This document shows positions 25,336 through 38,109 of a stretch of DNA of 64,000 bases, one piece after another. Within the stretch, counting starts at the first letter, position 1. Every line of letters starts with the position of its first letter. Origin of the DNA: Chiloscyllium plagiosum (lineage: Eukaryota). The notes beneath the pieces are model-generated. The model was not told the origin of the DNA. It ran no database searches and was given only the letters and a program-made list of their open reading frames with translations. The DNA is taken from positions 2,544,776 to 2,608,775 of the forward strand of contig NC_057756.1 of the NCBI RefSeq assembly GCF_004010195.1, in the 5' to 3' direction. The position numbers and the translations under genes are program-made.

Positions 25336-28295
25336 ATCATTTAAGATTATAAACTTGAAAAAAAAATTGTCGTGGTTTTGGGTATATTCGCCAAGCTACA
25401 AAAGTTTTGGTCCCTGTCAATGTGACATCTTATAGATTTGGAGTGCCATGTGAAACGCTGCTATAATGTGTCTTCTGTAAGCTATTTCGGTCTATTTCTT
25501 CTGCTTCCAGCTGCTAGTCGTGGTTGTTCTTTAAAATGACTAGTATATTCGGTCTCCGTCATTGAAATTGATTTTGAAGTCCATTGCTAATTGCCATGCT
25601 TCTGGACATTCTCTGGCTGCCCTATGTTTACCTTGTCCTATGATCATGGTGTTGCCCCAGTCATAACTGTATCCTTGCCATCCATGTGTATGGTTACTTG
25701 GACAGCTTGTCGTGGCATTTAATGGTCGTTGGTGTTCGTGGATGCATATTGCTAATTGCCTGTCTGTGTGGCCCTATATATTGTTTGGTGCAGTCTTTGC
25801 ATGGAATACTATGAATTCCGTCAGTCTTGCACATTATAAGTATAGAATCCTTTGTCCTTTTGTGTCGTTGCCTGACCGAGGCTGTTGGTTTATGGGCTGT
25901 CACGAACCCATGTGTTCATAAAATTCTGGCTGTCAGTTCCGAGATTTTTTAAAATGTAAGGTCGCGTGGCTAGGGAATAATTTAAAATAAAAGTAGCAAT
26001 TTACAAAATTTGACAATGCTATTTCCTTCCCTGCAGAACTTAAGCATTGTAAAGAAGGTGAGTACACTATTAAAAACAATGTCTGGACATGACAATGAAT
26101 CAGACTTGAAACTCAATGTTGGGAGAAATCGCAAAAAGAAAACCATAAGGTATTATTGCTCGTTTTTTTCAAATAAAATTCAGTGTGCAAAGAGTGTTTT
26201 AATTTACTCTAGTAGAAGAACATAAACAGAGACGATTGAATACGGAGGGCTTCTGCAGTTATTGCAAAATAAATAAGAACATAATGAATGAAAATTCAAA
26301 TGTTTTTACAATCATGTAAATAAAATGGAAAAAGTCTATTCAACGCTTCTTTTTCTAGACATGCCATTCGGTGCTGCTTTATGCATGCTGGATAGTGAAG
26401 TTAACATTATAAAATACCCTTTAAGGACTGCAACAAATTTTACATTAGAAAAGCTGCTGGAAACTGGCCACAAGGATACATTTGCAACAACTAGAGACCA
26501 AAGGACATGATCAACTAATACCAGTAACGATACACACAGACAAAGAGGGACACCAATTTGACTGGAAAAAGGTGTCCATCTTGGAGCACGGCAAACCATG
26601 ACATGCGCAGAAAAATATATATGCTTGGCAGTCAAACCGGAATTCCATTAACAAACAGATAGAATTGGACCCCATTTACCACCCTCTCAGATTCAGAACT
26701 GGAAATGATATCGGCGATCACAGCAATCCAAAACATGTAAGTCGCTGAACACGAATAATTCACCAGAGGCGAAGTGATGATCTGAACTAGCACGGTGACG
26801 AAACTTCTGAAAGAAACCCTCCAGTTCAATGAGCAAATGGGCAACATGATCCACAAACGGAGCTAAAGACAATAATTTCCAAGATGTTATTACTGTCGTT
26901 TGAATGTTTTTTTTTGATCGCCCATTTAGTCTTGCAGAAGTTGTCAAGTATTCAGCTGGGATGGGTGATGAAAATCCTGTGACTTTCTGCTTGTGTCTTG
27001 CCGACAATACATTGGTTTTGTATTTGTGATGAAAGTTCTTCACGGAATTCTACTCTACATATTCATAATAATTCAATTGTGCATGCTGAAATTCAAATTA
27101 AAATGCTGTGTGGAACCATTCCTTTTTGTAGAGACAGAACTACCTTCACATTCATTGGACTAAACAGAGATAATCACAAGACGAGTATAAATGAATACTA
27201 TTGAACACTTCAGACGTTTAAAGTCAGATTCCTGAAATGAGCAAATCTACCATTCACAGAATTCATTATACGTCAGCATGGGGAGAGAAGAATATATAAT
27301 CAAAATCTTTTAGACGAATGAAAAGCAGATGCACGATAAGTTGAAGTGGTGGGAAAATTATTTGTTCGATCCGTTTGCTGTGTGAGTTAGAAATAGCATC
27401 AAAGTCTTGAGTTTTGAAATCGCATTTTTGCAATAGTTTGAAATGAAGGATATCATGCTGCAGTGTTATTTTGCGATATGTGATCCGTGAGAATGTCAAG
27501 GAACTAAGTATAATTACTGTTAAAAATATTTCGCTGCGCAGACAATTGAGAGGAAATGTTTCCATGCAATTTATACCATTGCTGCACTGAAGTTGTAAGT
27601 CTTGTACAATAAGTCAGATTCTTTTTATCCTGTGGTGTTCCTTCAAAACCGCTGCAACAAGTATTCCACGAGTACTACCGACCTCTTGTGCAAAGGGGAA
27701 TTCTTGTTCCAACACGTGCAGTGTTGGATCTGTACCTCGTACATTACACAAATTTTGAAGCCGGCTGTCTGGGCATGTCCTGTCCAACGCAATTGAACAT
27801 TCTTCTACTAAAACGTAAAATTTCTAGCGCTTTGGTTGCTAAACAGTCAACATGATTCGTGCAATGCTATGCCGATATCTCCTGCAACGCTCGTAAAACG
27901 GGAGCGATTTTATATGTTTCGGGAAAGCTACCTGCAACATGGTTACAGTAGATTTATTTTCAATTGCACACCTCTCGTGGAATGCAACAGTTCCTAAGTT
28001 CAAGAACTGAGACTTCATAATTTGCACCTTCTTAAGATTTATTTAATGTTCTAAAGACGTACACAGGATCTAATAACTGGACATACACTTCCCTGGTTTC
28101 AGTTTTAAGAAGTTCATCGACTGCATACTTGATTAATCAGGTCCTGCAAAAGTCTCCAATCTGTTGTCAAAACTGCACTGAATTTGGATGTCCAGTGTTG
28201 GAAACGATGCAAAAACAAATCCCTGTAGGTTGTTGATCTCTAAATGCAAAGTAAAATTTATTTGATAATACTCATGTGCAGGAACAGACTGAAAT
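25336..28295. repeat. Tandem segmental duplication L, copy 2
   Basis: Colinear with 21519-25064; carries a shorter minus-strand Penelope fragment (~25370-25970) and a plus-strand one (~26430-26860). Confidence 0.9.
26037..26057 (+). CDS. 21-nt heptad micro-exon (E)LKHCKE
   Basis: TTTCCTTCCCTGCAG | AACTTAAGCATTGTAAAGAAG | GTGAGT; paralogue of 22847-22867. Confidence 0.7.
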
Positions 28296-28559
28296 GCAAG
28301 AACAGGAAGACATTTTGATCGTGGGACGTGACTCGTTGTCTTCCTGCATCAATTTCTTCAATTTGGTGCTGCTATTGTATTTTTACATGTTTTTAAGCAA
28401 TCGAAATGAGAAATCTGGTTTCCCAATGGGAGAGTTAATTTTTGAAGATACTCGTCGTCGACTTTCCTTTCTTTTGCAGAATTGTTCTGTGAAGATGCTG
28501 CTCCTGTCATACGGTTATTCTCACATTGATGATTTTTAGAGGGATCGTAAAGGCAGAAG

Positions 28560-28960
28560 TTCCAATATTTCTCTTGACATATGTCGCTGCAAACGATTTT
28601 AATTGAGTCTCTTTTATTCATTAAAAAAAACTGGTATAATGAAAGCAGAGTGGGCAGTTCGTTATTTGGTCTGGTTTGACTTTAGCAAGCGGTGTAGTTT
28701 GCAACTGGATGTCAAATTTTATCCAGGATCTCACAAAAGCTGCTGGAGCAAAGAAACAAATCTCCATGCTGATCCTCTCGCTGTCTCCTTCTGTCTCTCT
28801 CTCTCTTACTCTAAAATCTTTCTGAGAAGAAACTGTGCTTGAATTAACCAATCTTTCCAAGCGGTGTATTTTGGGATATTGTTGGAAATTGGGACAGCTC
28901 TTGGTAAGCTTCGTTTTCGTGCCACTTGGGTTTTCAAAGAGTTGTATCAGTGAACTTGAT
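28560..28960 (+). mobile_element. Gypsy LTR-like fragment
   Basis: Resembles the LTR at 31173-31787 (GCTGCTGGA...CCATGCT..TCCT..CTCT block). Confidence 0.4.
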
Positions 28961-28989
28961 CCTGGAGTCGAAGGAATTATCGTAGTTCC

Positions 28990-30000
28990 TGAATGAATAC
29001 TTTGCTTCAGTGTTTGCTCGTGATTGGGATCAAGCCTTTTGTTAGGACAGCAAGGAACAGGCTGACATGCTCGAACAGGTGGATGTTAAAAAGGAGGATG
29101 CACTGGAACGTGTTGAGAAATATGAGGTTATGCAAGTCCCCTGGAATCAGAAGGGATAGACACAAATTTACTACGTAAAGGGCGGGGGACAGACTGCTGT
29201 GCCCTTGGCAATGATCTTTGAGTCCTCATTGTCCACTGGTGTAGTATGAGATCGTTGGAGGGTGGTTAATGTCATTCCTTTTTTCAAGCAAGATAACTCT
29301 GGGAATATAAGGTCTGTCAGTCTTACATCAGTGGTTGGAAAATTATTGGATAGGATTCTGAGAACTCTTTGAGTCCATGATCATAGATCCCACCAAGCTG
29401 CCACCCAAGTTAATAGCTTTATTAAAAGGTGTATAGCATGTTGACTTTCGTGAGACATGGGATTGATTTTAAGAGCTATGAAGTGATACAGCAGATAAAA
29501 AGTAATGGTTCGACGACACTTGCAATGTTGTGTTCAATGCTGATCACCTCATTACAGGGAGGATGTGGAAGCTTTTAGAGACGTTGCAAAGGAGGTTGAA
29601 CAGGAGAGCTTGACTGAGCTAAGTCTTTTTTCTCATTAAAGCGAAGACGGATGAAAGGTAACTTAAAGGAAGTGTAGAAAATGATGGGAGGCAAAGATAG
29701 AGTGGATAGGCAGAGAAGTTTTCCCACGGGGGAGATAGTTGCCATAGTTCTAAGGGAATTCTAGCAAGGTTGAACGGAAATGTCCGAGTTTGATTCTTTA
29801 GAGGGTGATTGATGAATGCCGTACCTGCAGTAATAGTTGAATCAGATACACCAGGGACATCTAAGCGACTCTTGGAGAAGCACACGAATGGTAGTAAAAT
29901 GTAGGGGTATGCGTTAGTTTGATCTTCAACGAAAAATACCGCACAACATTTAGGGCTGAATAGCCTGTACTGTGTTGTACTATTCTATGTTCGATGTTAC
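28990..30000 (+). mobile_element. CR1 LINE fragment with large internal deletions
   Basis: [23 protein letters not shown] motifs then ORF2 C-terminus and tail GGGCTGAATAGCCTGTACTGTGTTGTAC. Confidence 0.85.
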
Positions 30001-30009
30001 ACTATTCAT

Positions 30010-31172
30010 GATGGAGAGAACGGAAATGTTATTCCGATTAATCAACATTCTTAAAGGCATAAAACTCTCAAGCTGGCACAGTTTCAAAAGGAGATGGTAA
30101 GCATACCAATCGGACATAATCGAAGCGAAGTACACTGACTGAAGCTCAGCTGTAGTGTTGGCAACGAAATCACAAGTTACACAAAGATTAGGTGGGCACT
30201 GTCATGAAGTCAATTCAATAGCAAGTTCATTGGCTAGAGAAAGTGGACAAATCCACTTATATTTTCAAGTTGGACTTGTTCAGAGGGTACTCACCTTTGT
30301 CCAAAAGAAAAGTAAAGACTCTATCAGTTGATGGTCATACCGTTTGATAAAGTAAATCAACCAACCACATTTCGCACACTAACAAATAAGTTCATTTTTG
30401 GACTAGCCAATTGTGTCGTTTATATTGATGACTTTGTGAATTTTAGTCACACGTAAAAGAGATCTATGTAACTTTTAGGTGTACGAAAACACGTAACAAA
30501 TTTTAGAAAAGTAGCAGCACCACTTAATGAATAACCAAACAAATGCGAGAGGTATCATTGGACAGTGGACTGTCAGCAGGCATTCAAAGGCCCGAAAGCT
30601 GCGTCAACCACTGCTCCATTGTTCTCCACACTTAATTACGAAAAGAAATCCAGGCTGGCTATTGATGTGAGTGTCGGTATTGTACGCTTACAGGAGGATG
30701 ATAAGAAAATATAAAGACCTAAAGGCTATTTCTCCAGGAAATCGAGCATTCATTAGCAGACAGATTCAACACTTGAGAAGTAAACTTTGAGCTTCGTGTT
30801 ACAACATTTCTACATTTGCGTTATCACTGTTGTATTTATAAAAATCACAAACACTGGTCAACATCCAATGAAGTTTGTGGAGAAATTTAAGGACAAAAAT
30901 TCGAAACGAAGTTTGCAGTTACGGCCATTTAATTTGACAATTGTGCATGTGGGAGTACGAGACTATCTCATTGCTGACATATTGTCCTGACTTGTGTGTC
31001 AAGTTAGGCATTTGGTGGCAGGAGTAAATGTACTGAAACAGAATGCAGTAAAGCATGTGTACTTTTTATAATCAATGAAATGCATGTGTCCGCTTAGTGT
31101 ACTAACAATTTAAGGGTAACGAGATGTAAGACGAAGCTATCTTTGGATATTGATTTTTTTAAAGGGGGGAAG
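30010..31172 (+). mobile_element. Gypsy (Gmr1-like) RT-RNase H fragment ending at a polypurine tract
   Basis: KLDLFRGY (~30267), VYIDD (TATATTGATGAC 30421-30432), WTVDCQQAF, GYFSRK, FNLTIVHV..RDYLIADILS* (ORF 30787-30990); PPT AAAGGGGGGAAG 31161-31172. Confidence 0.85.
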
Positions 31173-31787
31173 TGTGATGATGCTGCTTTTTAAAAACAAC
31201 TATTCTTTGATGTTTTTTTTTGCTAAGAGGGATTACAAAGGCAACATTTCCAAAATCTGGGAATATCTAAATGAGAACGATTTCGATCGCTTTATTTAAA
31301 AAAAAACTTTATAATGAAGGGAGATTGGCTATTTCCCCCTGTTCAGTGTTTGCTTTTTTTTTAAAGCAATATATTTTGTTTGCAGCTGGTCGTCATATTT
31401 TAGCTTGGCACCTAAAGGCTCTGCTGGACTAAATAAACTGTTCCATGCCTATTCCTTCTCTCTGGCATCTCTCCTGTGAGGCCCTGTGCTTGAATTTACC
31501 TGCTTACAAATGGGAGAATTATAGGATGTTACAGGAAATCGGACCAGCTTTTTGTTCATGATTGTTTTTGTCTCTTTTGTGCATTCACACATTCAGGTTA
31601 TTATATATTCTGTTCTCTTTTTTCATGTATAAATAAACTGCGAATTGTTTAAAACCAAATAGTTGGGCTAGCTACATTACTGCTGGAATGTCCGCTGTAC
31701 ACTTACTTAAAACAACGAGGAAACCTAAGTTCCGGGCTGGTTGCCTTCTTGAAATGATTCGAAGGGGTTCTGCCCTCGTCCATAACA
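31173..31787 (+). mobile_element. 3' LTR of the Gmr1-like Gypsy element
   Basis: Begins TGTGATGA immediately after the PPT, contains AATAAA (~31633), ends ...GTCCATAACA (TG...CA). Confidence 0.75.
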
Positions 31788-32833
31788 GTTGTTTCCTTTG
31801 ATTCCTCTACTTTGGCTTTTCTAAACGATCGTTCAGCATTCGAGATTTTGAATTATACAATTTCTACTGGTTCTGAGTTTATACAATTACTTCATTGAGA
31901 CTCGAACAAAATCTTGCTTCTGCATTGCAAATGTGTTTGCAATATTAGCAATCCGTTGCTGTACAGTTGTGCCATTGGAGATTTCTGTAGATTTCATCCA
32001 GAATCCCCTCGAACGTGCAGATTATGTCTGCATAGGCACAGGTGCCTTCTTGTATTGGCAACGCTCTTACATCAATCACCTGTCAGATGCACAAATTCAC
32101 TGGAGCAAAAGACGAATTGCATCCACTCGTAAAATCGGTGCTCAAAATGTCCTTTTTGTTGTTTGAGGCAGTTCTACCTGTATGGCAAGGCAATAATAAA
32201 GGGCAACATTCAAGTTAAACTCAAACGGCTCCATTGCAAGGCTTTCTTGTATATGTCGTGTGATCCCACTCAGTAATACTGGACTTCTTTTTTACTGAAA
32301 AGTAAACACAGGAGCACTGCGCACCCAATCCAAGTTAGATGGGCAAGAGTCCCAACTTGCCTTCTTCCACACATTCGATCTCTACGCTGCCACACCCAGC
32401 ATTACAGACTAATGCTGGAAAGGGGCAACACTATCATATCCTTAAATTTGCATCTGATCAAGCTGATAAGGAAAGACATTCTCCTCCATTTCGTTATTGA
32501 AGCATGGTGCACTGGTTTCTCTCGTGGCAGAGCTCAGTATCCCTGTCCTGATTCTGGCATTTGTCCTTGTCTTTGTGTCTTTTGCAGTGCCACTTAAAAC
32601 TGACGAGTTTCTCTGAAATCCGAGCAAGGATACAGAGTTGACTGGAAGTATAATATATCACACGAGTTCTGGCGTAAAATTTCGTTTGGCATCAAGCTCT
32701 AACAGCTCATATGTGGATAGGAATCATCGAGAATGAAGACCACCACCTCTTCCATACTTTCTTCCTTTTCTCCACACCAGACCTCCATTGAAATAGTTGG
32801 CATGAAACAATTCGTCATTTGTACTTCATTTGA

Positions 32834-32908
32834 ATGAAACAGTTCGTCATCCGTAGTTCCTTTGTCCTTATATTCCTGTTGAATTTCCTCCTCCCAAGCT
32901 GAAGTCAG
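32834..32908 (+). pseudogene. Decayed signal-peptide (leader) exon candidate
   Basis: ATG reads MKQFVIRSSFVLIFLLNFLLPS*SQ (basic N-region, hydrophobic core), in-frame TGA at 32900-32902, followed by CAG/TTAAGT resembling a mutated donor. Confidence 0.4.
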
Positions 32909-33265
32909 TTAAGTTATTATATGTATCTCAGTAAGTTGTGTCGAGGAAAATCTGTCTCACACTTTCTTTACACAGACTGCAGTGAGCACTGTTAAATTTC
33001 TTCAGTAATTAAGATGATAATGTCTCCTAAATTTTCGAATCTATATTCCCACAAATTAAAAGAAAATGTATCTGAAACCAGCAATTGTATGCATTCAGAT
33101 GCTTTTCCTTTCTCAACATTTAGTTAAAACATAGACAGGATGTTCTTGGCGAACCTGGTTGATAATGGTTCTTTCCAATCTTCGAATTCCCCTTCACTTC
33201 ATGCTGCACAGTAATTAAAGCAGGATGAATTGTAGGGTTCGAATGCATTAACATTATTGATACTA

Positions 33266-33591
33266 TTTTTTTTTTTACAGATTACAGATTACATTACAGT
33301 GTGGAAACAGGCCCTTCGGCCCAACAAGTCCACACCGACCCGCCGAAGCGAACCCACCCATAACCCTACATTTACCCCTTACCTAACACTACGGGTAATT
33401 TAGCATGGCCAATTCACCTGACCCTGCACATCTTTGGACTGTGGGAGGAAACCGGAGCACCCGGAGGAAACCCACGTAGACACGGGGAGAACGTGCAAAC
33501 TCCACACAGTCAGTCGCCTGAGGCGGGAATTGAACCCGGATCTCTGGCGCTGTGAGGCAACAGTGCTAACCATTGTGCCACCGTGCCGCCC
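33266..33591 (-). mobile_element. HE1-type V-SINE (tRNA-derived head, V-domain, CR1-derived tail), full length
   Basis: Reverse strand GGGCGGCACGGTGGCACAATGG (A box), GGTTCAATTCC (B box), V-domain TGTGGAGTTTGCACGTTCTCCCCGTGTCT..GTGGGTTTCCTCCGGGTGCTCCGGTTTCCTCCCAC, tail GGGCCGAAGGGCCTGTTTCC and poly(A). Confidence 0.95.
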
Positions 33592-33789
33592 ACAATTTTC
33601 TCTCATAAACCCACGTAAAAGCCATTGCTGACGTGTGTCTAAAAGAAAAAGAACCTGCAGTGAGTTCCAAAGTGGAGAGTATTTTACAGTCATTTCGTCA
33701 AACTGCAATATGGGAAGTGTAGTTGTGTTGGTAATGGAAGGTGTGTTGTCACGTTCAATGCAATTAAGGATCACAAAATTAACATTACT

Positions 33790-36690
33790 AAGGGGAGGAG
33801 TAGACAGAGAGCAGATGAATGCAAAACGACTGGCGGGCTGAAGAGCACATACTTTAGTGCAAGGATAAGGCAGATTAATATAGGGATCCGATTGGTACGT
33901 GGGATATGACGTTCTTGTTATCACGGAGACTTGGTTGAAGGAAGACCATGATTGGCAAGTAAATGCTATTGGGTATAAATGCTTCAGACCGGCAGGGAGG
34001 GACGCAAAAGGAGAAATGTGTTGCATTGCTGATCAGGGAAGATACCATGATTGTGCGAAAGGAGGATACTATGGGAGGGCTTGAACAGTGAGGCGTCATG
34101 GGTGGAACGTAGAAATAAGAGGCGTACAAGTACATTGGTGGGGCTATATTATAGGCCTCCCAACAGTGAGCACGAATAAGAAGGACAATTAGGCGAACAA
34201 ATTATGGAAAGGTTTAGAGGCAACAGGGCGGTGATGAAGGGAGATTTTAATTTTTATCAACATTGACTAGGATACACTTAATGTCAGAAGTCAGGATGGG
34301 CAGAACTTGCAAGGAAAGTCCAGGAAAATTTATAGAGCATTGTGTCAATAGTCCGACAAGGAAAGAGGCCATATTGGACTGGTGTTGGGAGTGAGTCAAG
34401 CCAGGTGGTGGAAGTTGTAGAGGGGGATTTCTTTGAAAATAGTGACCACAATTCTGTACGTTTCCAAATATTTTAGACAAAAATGACAGTGGTCCTACGA
34501 GACGAATACTAAACTGGGCCAAGGTCAGTTATATCAAAATTAGGCAGGAGCTGTGGAACGTGGATTGGACATAGCTATTTGAAGGAAAGTCCACATTTGA
34601 TATGTGGGAGGATTTCAAAAATAGGTTGAAGTTTATGCAGGATAGGCATGTCGTTTTGAAGGCAAAGGATTGGAAAGTGAACCGTGAATGACAGAAGAAA
34701 CCGTGCGACTAGCAAAGAGGAAAAGGAAAGGACCCAGACTGCTAAGAACAGAAAGGGCCTTGGAGGAATATTTGAAGAGTAGGACCAATCTGAAACGAGG
34801 TATCAAACGGGCTAAAACCGATCATCAAATAACTTTTGTGATCAGAATTAAGGAGAAGCTGAAGGCCTTTTATTCTTCTATAAGAAGCCAGAGCATAACC
34901 AGAGAAAGGATTGTTCCACCAAAGGATAAGAAAGGAAGGTTGTGTGAAGAACCTCGGAAAATTAAGGAGATTCACAATAATTACTTCGCATCAGTGTTTA
35001 CTGAGGAACGGGAAGGGGGAAATGCTGAGATTAGAGATTGAAGTTTGTTTACTCTGGATCACGTTGACAGAAGGAGTGAAGATGCGTTAGATAGGCTAAA
35101 GGATATTAAATTGGACAAATCCCCATGGCCGAATGGGATCTATCCCATATTCGTGAGCGAGGCGAGAGAGGAAATACCTTGGTTCCCAGCATATATGTTT
35201 GTAGTATCCTTATTCACAGTTGAGGTGCCACAGGACTGGAGGGTTGCTCATGTTTCCACCCGTACAGGAATGGTAGTAGCATTTCCATGCAATTACAGAC
35301 CAGTGAGCCTGACGTCAGTTGTGGGAATGTTGCCGGAGAAGATACTGAGGGATAAAATCTAATCATATTTGGAAAACAATGAGCTTATCAGTGATATACA
35401 GCGTGGTTTTGTGCGGGGAGATCGTGCCTTATCAATTTAATAGAGCTCTTTGAGGATCCGACGAAGTTGATAGATGAAGGAATGGTTGTAGGTGACATAC
35501 ACGTGGACTTTAGTCAGGTGTCTGATAAGCTTCCCCGTGGTAGACTACTGGAGAAAGTAAAGTCATATGGTGTGCAGAGTGCTCCAGCTAGGTGGACAAA
35601 TAACTGGTTGAGCAACAAGACAGAGAGAGTAGTAGTCGAAGGGAGTTTCTCGAAATGGAGAAAGTTGACCAGAGGTGTTCCACAGGGATTAATACTGGGC
35701 CCAAAGTTTTTTGCAATATACACAAATGATCTGGAAGAGAGCATTGTTTGCCTGACCAATAAGTTTGCAGATGACACGAAGATTTGAGGAGTATCATAAC
35801 TCATTGGGGACTGTCAAGAAATACAGGAGAATATAGATTGACTGGAGAGTTGGGCGGAGAAGTGGCAGATGGAGTTCAATCCAGCCATATTTGAGGTGAT
35901 GCATTTTGGAAAGTCTAATTCTAGAGCGAACTATACTATAAACGAAACATCCTTGACAAAGGTTGATGAACAGAGTTCTGGGGGATCAGGTCCATTATAT
36001 CCTGATGCACAGGTGGATAGAGTGGTCAAGAAGACATATGGTATGATTGCCTTCATCGGACTGGATGTTGACTATAAGAGCAGGCGGGCCATGTTAAAAT
36101 CATACAAGACTTTGGATCAGCCAGTTTAGAATACTGCGTCTAATTCTGGTGGCCACATTTTCAAAAGGATGTGGACGCTTTGGAGAGGGTGCAGAGAATG
36201 TTTACGAAGATGTTGCCTGGTGTGAAAGGAGCTAGGAATGAAAAGAGGTTGAGTGGGTTAGGATTGTTTTCATTGGAAAAAAGGAGATTGAGGAGGCGAC
36301 ATGATTGAATTTTACAAAATCATGAAGGGTATTGACAGGGTAGTTTGAGATAATTTTATTCCCAGATTGACGGATTCCATAACGAGTGGTCAGGTGTTCA
36401 AGGTGAGAGGTGAAAAGTTTAAGGCGGATATAAGAGGCAATTACTTTACACAGAGGATGGTAGGTGCCTGGAACGTGTTTCCAGCAGACGTTGTAGAGAC
36501 AGGCACGTTAGAATCATTTAAGGTGCGTCTCGGTGGATGCATGAATAGGTAGGGAGCAGAGGGATGTAGATGCTTAGGAATTGGTCGATAGGTTTAGACA
36601 GTGGATTTGGATCAGCTCTGGCTTGGAGGGCGATAGGACCTGTTCCTGGATTGCAAATTTTCTTTAATCTTGTTCTTTGTTTGTAGTCAG
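33790..36690 (+). mobile_element. CR1 LINE, near-complete but disrupted ORF2 (AP endonuclease plus RT)
   Basis: YDVLVITETWL (ORF 33899), YYRPP, GDFN, SDH (34441-34449), KSP.P.GI, NYRPVSLTSVVG, GVPQG, KFADDTK (ORF 35467), 3' tail. Confidence 0.95.
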
Positions 36691-37300
36691 TGGATAAATC
36701 ACGACGGGAGCAGATTCGAGGCATGCTGAAAAATGTGCTACCTCGAATGAGGAGTCATGCCTACGTGCAGAATATCACTGGTCATTCGCTTCTAGCTTCT
36801 GCAATCCAATCTAAAATCAACATTTCCCTCAGAAATGACGTCCCTAAAAAACACACCTCCTTTTGTCTGAGCAGCCGAGATTACAATTTACCAATGTTTC
36901 TTCGGGACATTGAGAGATCAGGCATGGATGATTTATTTTCCCAGTCTACTAGCAGCAGAACCTTAACCGTAGCCTGCAAGCTGATCCCTATTCTGTTCAG
37001 TTTGGCAGGATCTCCTTTGGCATCGGCTTATTCACTGTTTGCAGGCTTTACTCCTTCTTAGCCTTCACATATTTGTCTGAATTCGACCTATCAGCAACCT
37101 ATGTATCTAACTGTATTAATCCTAGTTTTTCACACTTCCATGCAATATTTCCATTTCTTCAGTAAAATTCTTATCTTCCTCACAAAAGGACTCATTTTCT
37201 ATTTCTTCTCCCCCTAAAATCCCCAAACGTTTGCCGATCGGTGTAGCCACATTCTCACGTTGTTCTCCACGTGATTCTTCCCAACATTTCAGACTTTCAG

Positions 37301-37682
37301 ATCCTCTGATCAACGACTAATTTACTGCAATGCACGTCCCACCTATGCCATTTCTTATTTAGATGTTTTCATTGTATCTTTTGTCATTCTTGGCAAGCTA
37401 CAAAGTTCCAAACTTAACACTTTTATCGTCGTGTAAGTGAAACTGGAAGCGACACATGTGCAGTTCAGATTTCATTAAATTGCATTCCCGTAGGAACGAA
37501 GTTGATGATGTATCAAAAGCATAGCATAAAATCTGTTCCGACCTCGATTAATCTTCTGACGACAAGTGGCAAGGATTTTTCTCTTCGCCTCTTCAGTTTG
37601 TCATATTCTACACAACTGCACTTAACATGTTCCAGGTCGGGGAAAACGCTAAAAAAAGTCTCCACTTTGGAACAAAGTTTTT
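37301..37682 (+). pseudogene. IgV-domain pseudo-exon, B7/butyrophilin-like
   Basis: Acceptor TTTCAG at 37295-37300; with frameshifts NWKRHMCSSDFIKLHSRRNEVDDVSK (W 37444), FRPRLIF*RQVA, DFSLRLFSLSYS, then TCTACACAACTGCACTTAACATGT, reconstructable as S-(D)-N-(G)-T-(Y)-T-C (Cys 37628-37630); first Cys not securely identified. Confidence 0.55.
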
Positions 37683-38109
37683 GAACACAGTCGTCATTAA
37701 TGATATTTAACAAAAAATTGGACACACTAGAACTTAGGTTTTTGCTCTTCTTGTGCCTGGCTATAAGGTTTAATCTAAACGCACCAACTGACCAAGATTT
37801 ACTTCTCAATTTCTTCGGATCATCTATCGCATGCGACAACCATCCGGTTTACTTCTCGTTAGAGGTTAATCTACCTCGCTCCTCAGGCATGAACGTGATG
37901 ACTGACTGTCACTTGGGGCAGCTGGCTTCTTAATTTCAGGTCAAACCTGTATTGTAGATACTTACATTCTCCAATGAAAGATTGTTTTTGATTGGAGCAA
38001 CCCCCCCCCGCCCCCCCCCCGCCGCAGAACATTATAAAAAAACAAGTTCGAACGAAGTCTATTAAACTTACCGCTGTCGGATTTCTTTTGTATGACAAGT
38101 AGTACTTGG

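Noticed and set aside
31850..32450. Possible retroviral env remnant on the minus strand (MCGRR...WIGC, QQRIA...FC)
   Set aside because: Only faint resemblance; no clear furin site, immunosuppressive domain or CX6CC motif; needs a profile search
33400..34026. 208-aa minus-strand ORF
   Set aside because: Runs across antisense CR1, flank and the HE1 SINE; no coherent domain
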